Source: Rotaria socialis
Lineage: Eukaryota
Direction of reading: 5' to 3'
NCBI GenBank assembly: GCA_905331295.1
Contig: CAJNYD010000049.1
Coordinates: 116,606-136,605, forward strand
Length of the DNA stretch: 20,000 bases
Shown: piece after piece, positions 11,167-20,000 of the stretch
Numbering within the stretch: position 1 is the first letter of the stretch
Layout of the letters: each line of letters starts with the position of its first letter
The notes under the pieces: model-generated
Databases searched by the model: none
What the model was told of the DNA's origin: nothing
The model's input: the letters and a program-made list of their open reading frames with translations, nothing else
Position numbers and translations under genes: made by a program

Positions 11167-12525
11167 TGCAGCGGTATTCGAAGTATATAACAATCCTTTT
11201 TTTTGTAAGTATATATTTTTTGTATATGGTTTTGTGTCGTTTGATAACAGGGGTCCACACCTGTCTCTCTTTTATCTTAAACAAGATATGAATATAGGTG
11301 TGTTTGTCAGGTTGCATGGCTTTGCTTCGTATCTTTTTTTGCATATGGTTTATGTCTCCGCAAGAATAATATGTTTTGTTCTAGCTACACTTTTAAATAT
11401 AAATATCAATGATTTCTAGTGAAGAACACATATGCAATATATTTGAATTGGAGATGTCTATAGCTTCTTACATAGGCTTTTAAATGAGTGTTTTGTTTCG
11501 AAAATAGTGATTCACAATAAAAATTGTTGTTGTTGTCTGTCATTTAGAATTTCGTCTCCAGAAAAAACGACAGATGATAATAGCACAAGGAATCAACGAG
11601 ACATTGTGTAACAAAATGATATATTAAAATTGTGTTATACAAGATCACTATAACCTTGTCATAAAATGTATGACTTGATAGCTACTGTATAGAAATAAAC
11701 TTGTGTTATACGTATAACGATAGACTAAGTCTATTTTTGGATTGATTTCGATATTAGAAAAAAAAACATTACGTAAATATAAAAAGAAAAATTCAAATGA
11801 AATATTGTAACTGCCTGTTATTCAATCAATTGATGAATATTATTTAATAAAATATTATTAGTCCCACAAATTCAAAAAAACTATTGTTGATGTATGCATT
11901 ATTTCGATTAGATAGAACAATTTCCTTTTCAAAGTTATGATCATAAGGAAGGATTGAGAGCGTTTTTTTTTATAGATTCCCAGTGGCATCATTTTGTTTT
12001 AACACTTAAGTGTTGTACAGCTTTTGTAGCGATTTGATATCCACGTTTACATTCTTCAATCAATGGTTTTATCGAAACGGGGTTGATGCTACTCATACTG
12101 TTTACCATTGAGCGGACGATGAAATCAGCGAAATATTATTCCTAATCGCTCGAATATTTCATCATTCAGAAGAAAATGCGTTATGCTTATTTTTATTGTT
12201 TCAGAGAATACGTTGACTTATGGTGGTTATCCAGATGCTTGCATTTATGTTTTAATTTTAACGGCAAACATAGACTCTTTCAAAGTGTAAGATACCTGTA
12301 AAATATTTACTAAAGCACGTTGAATAAAACGAACGGTGTGCGTCATCTAGAAGCACAAAAAAACATTACTAAAAAGCTGAATAAGCGAAGTGAAAAAAAA
12401 AGAGATTATATCTCATGACATGGATACCACATTATAAAACCTTCGATCTCTATACGTCGGTAAATCAGAACGATTATCTTTCCCAACACGTTTTCGATCG
12501 GTAAAAGGATAAAACGACGATAGGA

Positions 12526-12599
12526 ATTAGGACTACGACAGCTCCATTTCAGTTCAGTTCCCGTGAACTGAACTGAAATGGAGCTGTCGTAGTCCTAAT
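12526..12599. repeat. Perfect inverted repeat: 35-bp arms with a 4-nt loop
   Basis: ATTAGGACTACGACAGCTCCATTTCAGTTCAGTTC (12526-12560), loop CCGT, then its exact reverse complement (12565-12599). Confidence 0.95.
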
Positions 12600-15075
12600 A
12601 GGCATGCAGCCTTAAATATTGTCACTTTATACTGTAAAATAATTGTAATTAATCGTTGTACTACGCGATATACTACTAGTTCTATTAACTATTTGGAAGT
12701 CTGTTTAGTTTTTCAATCGCAATGTGTAATATCATTTATTTTTCTGATTTATTTCATTTAAATGACGAGATATGGAACGGAACATAAGCGACTATAGTAC
12801 AATAAATATAATGAGCAACCCATTACTTTTTCATGTTGACGCAAGTCGAATAAGTAAGATCACAGAAGAGGTTATAGAAACTCTATAACCCTCAACATGG
12901 GGGAGATAATTTGACATGTCTATATTTATTGTTAATTCACAAAAAGCATCAGAGATCAATTAAAATATAGTCAGTTTCAAATTACATCTTCATGAACAAA
13001 ATTCGAATGTAGCTACACGCGTTAATTAATAATGTCAGGAAAATAAGTTCATGAAGAAATGAAGTTGAACAAGAATCGAGCACAAATTAATTAAGATTCT
13101 AGCAAAATTACAAAACGAACTAATTAAACCTAAAAATAAACAACGAAATGAATTAATTTGCAAAGAAAATATTGATAGTTGAATGTTCTGTTGATTTTTT
13201 CACGCTATCAGTCATTTTACAAATAATTGCCTGTGTATCTTATGTCAATAGAGTATTAAAAAAATAAACGATGCAGTTAAGCTACTAATATGAATGTTCC
13301 AGTTAAAATATAGCTATTTTCAAAGAGACCAATTAGTATGACGAAGTTTCTCAGTTCATATGCGGTTGTCACTGTATTCAATATCATTCGAAAAGTGAAT
13401 ATCTTTCACTCTGTGTATAGTTGATTTTATGAGGAAAAAAGTTCATAATAACAACAAAACTACGCAAAACATTCCATGAAATTCTTGCTAATACCTTAAA
13501 GCAGTCCGCAAATAATGTTCATTGCAGTATCGTAAGCGAAACTTGGTACACAAAAAGGAATAGCTTTTCATAAAGCAACCATCCTTTATCTATTTACTAT
13601 CGTTCGTGAAGCGTATTTTTCGACCTGATAAAGCCTTTGCTTCATTGACTGTTAATTTATCATAGTTTTGAAATTTTATGAAGTCATTTGAAAACTCTCG
13701 CATGAAAAACTTTCTATTTTTCTCTTTGCCTATTTGACGAGCGAAGATTTTAAAATTGTTATATCGGGAGCAAAGATATATGATAGTGTGTGCATGGAGT
13801 TTTCTAATGATACTCTCCAACAACATATATGAGACTTTGTAGAGAGAAGATTTCACATACAACTGGTATGTAGTTGCTTTACGTCAGCATCTATCTTTGC
13901 AAATTTAATATAAGCACCAGTGAAAGAATTTTCTCATATCTGACAATGTCAGAGAGCGTAAACCAGTAGTTGCGTAGTATCTGAGGACATAATTTGCTAG
14001 AGTTGAATTAAGCTTTTAATTATAGCATATTTAATATTGATGCTTTCGAATTTTGCATGACGTCACACGGTTCACAACACGGAATTATGATGAAGAAAAA
14101 GGCCTATCATAATATACGTTTCTGTGACGGATTATAAATATGACGTACATGTAAATGTCATTTGATCATTTTTTTCGAATTCATTCTAGATTTAGATAAA
14201 TAAAGTTTTTCATAAATGCTTGTAGTCAGAAGAAGAATTATTTTGGTATATTTTACACTTCTTCGCGATGTTAACAGTATCCTTTTGTACTCAGGGTTTG
14301 TTTTTATCGATTATTGGTCTGTTGGAAATACTAAATCGTAAAAATTCCATTGAATTCTTCTAAAATCGTTTTTTAAGAGAGGAAAGAAAGAAGAAAAATA
14401 TCATGATTTATTTTTCCATCTCATTTTTGACAATATATAATTTCTGATTATCGTTTTTAAATTGGTGATATTGATCTTTATGTTGAAAGATGTATGAGTC
14501 ATGTCTTCAGAAAATGATCGCATCCTGTTAATCGAATTCATCATGTGAGATTGAACCATTATTTCATGTGAATATTACATCTTTTTGGGATAGTAAGTTT
14601 GATAAGTTATCATTTAAACTGCACTTAATATGAAAACTTTTCGAGATAATCGTTACAATTATGTGTCTACAATGTTCATTTTTAATCTGTCAATATGAAG
14701 TGCTTGAAAAAAGCTGATTTACGTTGGATAATACTTACTTCGACTCAATTTCTTATGTTTCGACAATTTTTGAACAGACTTTTGGATTGTAATAAATATT
14801 GGCATTCGACAACAATGAAGAATTTGATCTACTTGTCATTTTATTTAGAGTATTAAATCGAAATAGCCATCAGGTTCTTAACCGACAGTATACTGGTACT
14901 TCCAGATCAGAACTTCTGAGATGTTTGTCTTCAATCAAATTGTAAACTGTTGTTGGCTTCATTGACGGCAACATCTCATGCAGGTAACAGTATCAAACAG
15001 AATCAAATATAAAAGAAGAATAGAACAGAAAGCCGTTCATTTTACTCTTTGAGATATCGCTGTTTTACTTCGAAC

Positions 15076-15540
15076 CAGGGCTGGAACCGGTAAGATATTT
15101 ATAAACCGGTCCTGTCCGACCGGTTTACCGGCCGGACATAAATTATTCTCGAACCGGTGAAATTCCGGCAAAGACGGACGAGAAAGAAATAAAACACGAC
15201 AGAAAAAAAAATCACTATTGATAATGCATTGACCAACCAAATTGATCAACTGTCGCACTTCCGTTGATTTATCTTTACTATGAAAGAAAATGAGACTTAT
15301 TACTGGTGTTTATGATTATAATCAAGATTTCTTCTGAATTCCACAAAAAATTTGCAGCATCAACAGATTTATAGGACTTTTTATATATAAATAAATGTAT
15401 ATATATACTGATAAAACATCTTTTTAACAAAACACAGTTAAATGAAGATAGTTATTTTAAAATTTCAACCAGCGATTTTCCGGTGTTTACCGGCCCGGTT
15501 GAATTTCTTAACCGGTCCGGCCGGATCGGTTCCAGCCCTG
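15076..15540. mobile_element. Non-autonomous hAT-superfamily DNA transposon (MITE-like), 465 bp
   Basis: Perfect 14-bp TIRs CAGGGCTGGAACCG...CGGTTCCAGCCCTG, a perfect 8-bp TSD CTTCGAAC (15068-15075 and 15541-15548), clustered subterminal CCGG/ACCGG motifs at both ends and an AT-rich non-coding core. CAG termini with an 8-bp TSD are typical of hAT elements. Confidence 0.93.
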
Positions 15541-15603
15541 CTTCGAACACAAATCTACTTAATAAATAAGGTGTTCTCAATTTAATAAGAATTTTATTTA
15601 GAT

Positions 15604-16754
15604 ATGGCAACACCATTAGCTGCATCACTGGTCATTGCACAACAAATCGTTATTAGATACATCGAGTCGGGTGTATTTGTGTTTGGTACTGTTGGATCGC
15701 TCATAAATATTTTACTTTTCTCTCAAAGAAATTTACTTTCGAATTCTTGTTGTACGTGTAAGTAATCGAATCCTAAAATATCTTTACTGCTTTTAATGGG
15801 AATTTTCATGGATAGACTTTTTTAGATCATTATTTACTGCCCTTATCCTACTATCAATGAGTATCATACCACTGATTTATGCTCAATTCAACTTTCCGAA
15901 TCCATTTTTTACTTTCAATGCATTTTGAAAAATCCGAATGTATGTTAATCAATGGAGTGCACTGTCATGTCGATAGTTATTGGTTATGGCACGTGTTGAT
16001 CGTTGTTTTGCATGTTCAGCAAATGCTAATATCTGTCATTTATTCATGACGAATATGGCCAGTCGAATAGCAGTCGACTTTGGCATTGTATGGATGGATG
16101 GTATTACCTGTACATACACTGATCTTTGCTAATATTGTACTACCTGGGAATATCGGATGCGTTGTATCGAATAATAGTGTTGCTATTTATCATGCTCTTT
16201 ACATACTTATCATGGGTGGTACATTGCCACCTTTATTTATGACTTTGTGCACTAAATTTATTTGGACAAGTGTCAAGAAGAAAACGCAACGTAGAACAAT
16301 GACTATAATAAATAGAGCAGAACGTCGTAAAGACAGCCGTGAGCATCAAGTGTTAATTCTACTATTGGGGCAACTGACCATCTTTCTTATTTCAACAATT
16401 CCGTTTATGTCGAATAATCTGTATACAACATTAACTCGAGATATACCCAACAAGTCAGTTGATCGTCGAGCAATTGAAGGATTTGCACAGGTTAGCACTG
16501 AACTATTTGTATATATGTTTTCAGCTTCATCGTTCTATTCAAACACATTGGTCTCATGCAAATCTCGTTGTGATTCGATAGCCACATTCAGCTGCTTCAC
16601 TGAATGTTATTGTCGACAACGATCTCGCGTATCTGTAACGACTCAAACTCGAACGAATGGCACCACCAATGAAATATCACTTTCGCCGGGTAAACAGCTT
16701 CAAATGCTGAATACCAATTATACTAGTACACTCACTCGTGTACAAGAACCATAG
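15604..16754 (+). pseudogene. Rhodopsin-like (class A) 7TM GPCR pseudogene, 2 exons
   Basis: Exon 1 (15604-15757) encodes MATPLAASLVIAQQIVIRYIESGVFVFGTVGSLINILLFSQRNLLSNSCCT; the intron is 15758-15815. Exon 2 has F*KIRMY (TGA 15926-15928 at the expected TM3 Cys), CR*LLVMARVDRC (TAG 15974-15976, DRY-like motif) and a 4-bp ATGG duplication near 16090-16101 that shifts the frame. TM4-TM7 follow in ORF 16080-16754. Confidence 0.85.
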
Positions 16755-16977
16755 AGAGCAGAACACTAAATGATGTGTGAGAAAAACAAAACATTTAATT
16801 GATCATACTAAAAATGTAAAGAATCTTTCGATTATTTCTCTAGTAATATGAATGATTATCATCGTCATACTACACAGAACTACTTTCAAAACAGGTATTC
16901 ATATTCTAGATTCATGACGAAAAATAATCTTCACTGATAATAGTACTATAAAATAATACAGAAATAATATCTGCACA

Positions 16978-17759
16978 AGGTTACCAAATCTCCTGTTTTG
17001 ACCAGGGATCTCCTAATTTTCGAACTTTTCTCCTGCAAAAAATCTTCTGATTTCAGGAGCTGCTTTTTATGTTTTCTCCTGATTTTTTTATATGACGATT
17101 AGCAATATTTTGAACCTATAGCGATTTTAAAGAGAAAAAAACAAACATATCGAAGCGTTAAACAGATATAAGAGTCCTAACTTATAAAAGCTTGTTCAAT
17201 TTGTATTTTCTATTCCTACTTCAAGTGCATTCTATGAAACAATCTTTAGTCATATGAAATATTTATGGAAGGACAATAGAAAACGAAGTACAGTCACTTC
17301 TGAAAAGTGCCGCGAATTGTTGAGTAAATTGCTTACTTTTTTTCTACTTTGTACTTATACGCTTTGATTTTGATTTATAATAATTAGAATTTAGTTTTGA
17401 TTTTCTATTTTTCATGTATTCTAATAAACGCGTTTAATTATCTGTTGAAATAGACTTAATGAAATCAACGTTGCATTTACAATTTTAATTCGCCTGCAAG
17501 GAAATTTTTCAGCATCAATCTAGAATATGAATACCTGNGCCTGCAAGGAAATTTTTCAGCATCAATCTCATTAGGAAAAGAGGTTAATGCGTATATTAGT
17601 GAAAAATGGGTCGTTATCAGATAAAAACCATCGAAGGACTATTCAATATCAGCAAAAAATACTCCTGCTTTTTCTCCTGGTTTAGAAAAAAATTCTCATG
17701 ATAAATTCCTGATTTTTCACAAAAACGTCCTGATTTCTAAAATTTGAATTTGGTAACCT
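16978..17759 (+). mobile_element. Degenerate internally deleted hAT transposon with a transposase C-terminal remnant
   Basis: 12-bp inverted termini AGGTTACCAAAT (16978-16989) / ATTTGGTAACCT (17748-17759), with multiple subterminal TCTCCTG/TCCTGATTT repeats at both ends. Bases 17173-17292 translate as SPNL*KLVQFVFSIPTSSAFYETIFSHMKYLWKDNRKRST, which resembles the hAT dimerisation domain. No TSD is recognisable. Confidence 0.8.
17492..17568. other. Second single-N join (17538) with a 30-bp duplicated flank
   Basis: GCCTGCAAGGAAATTTTTCAGCATCAATCT occurs at 17492-17521 and again at 17539-17568, directly after the N. Confidence 0.7.
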
Positions 17760-20000
17760 CATTACTTTTGATATCGTATGCTATGAGACACGAAACGACG
17801 AAATTATTTTTTTTATTCTCACTTTTTACAGGGAGAACATTAATCGAAATTTTCATGTTTTGAAAAAATATCACATTTGAATACTATCATTATAGTAGCA
17901 GCCATCTACTTACTATACAATACCAGCAAATGCTTGATCAATATGTGAGCAATGTTTTGTCCTACATATTGACATACGCTGTCAGTGGAAAAACTAGTGA
18001 TTGACTAGAAAAAAAACTTTCCAAGAATTCACGATAGCTCGATTGAGAAACGTGAAAGTAAAGAAAAGTGTTGAAGTATTCATTAACTTTCTTAGGAAGC
18101 CTATTTTTCAAGTACTGTTGATGAAAACCAGAAAAGATCAGGCAAAGTTTAAAAATAAACCGAATACAAGGTTATATTATTGATGAAATATCAAAATTAT
18201 TACTATTTTATCGATAGTACTGCTGATTTCAGGATCTTTTAAATGAATTGATGTTTATCGTAGCAAAATCAGCAGCCTAAAGCGTAATTTTTAGTCATTT
18301 ACTATTGAGTTACTCGTTCAATTTATTCTTTTAGTTGAGAAGTAATGATAATTATCTTAAAAATGGGACTTAAGGTTACAAAAATATTTTGTTTTACAAA
18401 CTAAAAATAAGAAAAGTATGACATTTCTACAAAATCAGATTAATATATTATCTTATATATTATTGAAAACCCCAAGTCATATTGTTTGAGTACAATAATT
18501 TAGTATAAGATATTACTTTTTTATTATATGAGCTATTCAAAAAAAGAAGAAAATATCTAAAATGTATAATGAATAAAAGGGGCGAAGTATTCTAAATGCA
18601 CACATATCTACTAACGTAAGAAATGTTCTTATTAAGATCACTAATAGGCTAAAGTAATACTTAGTATTTTTACAGGTAATGTCATTCTTCTGTAAAGTTC
18701 CTGTCAATAAATAAACCGTATGACGTCAACGCAACCTCATTATCAGTGTTTTAAATCAAATGAGAGAATCAACTGTGTTGCTTCTCTTTGTTCTGACACA
18801 TTTACATCTTAGTAAACTCAATAGACTGACGTAATAAAAGGACTTAACGAGGTTTTACCCACCGATATTTGACACCCTGAGTTATAATGGTTATGTATCC
18901 TTCGAGAAGTCAGGAAAATAAATTTTCACGCGAGCTTTTTTTTTCTATGAACAGGTCTAATAACATGTAATTTGTAGAATATTCAGAAACTTCAAATTTC
19001 GAATAGATTTCTTCACCACTGTACTGAATTTCAAGTAAACTCGACTGTCGGAACATGCCCGTAGCAAGCAACTAATCTTTGAAAATTATGTATCTTAATA
19101 AAACAGCAATGTTTTCAATTGGAAGTTTTCAAATATGTTAAGAATAATTATGTCTCACTGAAGACAAAATTGTATGTTTTTAAATTTTAGCGAATGATTA
19201 AAATTCGATAAAAAATGAAAAAAAAACGATAGCAAATTAGTAGTGAATGTTCATGATCTAACACGCTTATTATTTTCTCGGATATTTCATCCATTAAATA
19301 ATAATTTCATGCTTTTTAGATCCTATGAAAATTGATGATGATCATGTCATATTAATATCTAACACTTTTCTTCTTGATATTGCCTTAATAAAACAGTGCC
19401 TCTGATTGTAAATTTGGTTTATACTATGTACATGGTTTCGAGCTATTCACAACTGCAATATAAATTAATTTCTGCAAGAAACCAAGATCATGGCAATATC
19501 TGACAATAACCAAGAATAGCCACATTTACTAAGAAATCAATAGATCGCCATCGGCTCTTTTCTACATATATCTAACAATTGAAGATACGCAAGAGTATAT
19601 CATGACTTTGAAAGAGTATCTGAATAATTTCGTATGGTTCAATCTATTATAGGCACGAAGGAAACTCTGGTCAGGTTTCAACATTGTTTGAAATGCTAAT
19701 AGAAGTTAACATAATTGAAGTTCTAGTTTTCCATTTCTGTAGGACTGTTTTATAACAAAAGATCGTGCGCTATTGAAGTATGATAATTTATGGATATTTT
19801 ACGCACTTAACTTTAATGCGCACTCTATTTTCAAAAAAATGATTTTTCAATTAGATTGTGGTATTGTTCGATGCTTCATAAAGACAAAAAGAACATTAAT
19901 TTCATCTGTTATTCAATGGATTCTAGTGGTACGAAAGATCGATGAAACTAATTAGCCAAATTATCGATTTTTGTAAGGTGCCGCTAAAGAAGAATTGGAG

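Noticed and set aside
11705..12014. 14-bp palindromes GTTATACGTATAAC (11705-11718) and AACACTTAAGTGTT (12001-12014)
   Set aside because: One or a few palindromes of this size are expected by chance in 20 kb of AT-rich DNA.
12870..12890. 9-bp stem hairpin GGTTATAGA-AAC-TCTATAACC, a possible Helitron 3' hairpin
   Set aside because: AT-rich stem with no CTRR terminus at the expected distance.
13590..13862. 90-aa minus-strand ORF
   Set aside because: Non-ATG start, no recognisable domain and no supporting exon chain.
15037..15258. 73-aa ORF across the left end of the MITE
   Set aside because: A by-product of the GC-rich subterminal repeats, with no transposase similarity.
15926..15976. In-frame TGA at a Cys position and TAG in the GPCR as possible recoding (selenocysteine, readthrough or alternative code)
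   Set aside because: A frameshift in the same gene, plus copy B ending normally at TAG and no in-frame TGA in the intact genes I translated, indicate ordinary pseudogenisation.
17760..20000. ORFs 18001-18183 and 19773-19955 and the surrounding AT-rich DNA
   Set aside because: Short, non-ATG starts, no motifs; I found no repeats, RNA genes or arrays here.

Overview
AT-rich eukaryotic (animal) genomic DNA with many ~50-65 nt GT-AG introns, most consistent with a bdelloid rotifer (inference). The window holds: (1) the 5' half of an intact multi-exon androglobin (ADGB) gene on the minus strand (3733 to beyond base 1); (2) two tandem minus-strand 8-exon GH27 alpha-galactosidase genes. These are plant/protist-type rather than animal-type, so they are horizontal-transfer candidates. 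Each carries a ~149-aa, apparently circularly permuted ricin-B (CBM13-like) lectin inserted between the catalytic barrel and the C-terminal beta-sandwich. The two copies look identical over ~1.75 kb including introns but diverge sharply at both ends (gene conversion or assembly collapse); (3) a perfect 35-bp hairpin; (4) a 465-bp non-autonomous hAT element with 8-bp TSD just upstream of a rhodopsin-like GPCR pseudogene; (5) a second, older hAT derivative with a transposase dimerisation-domain remnant; (6) two single-N assembly joins with duplicated flanks.
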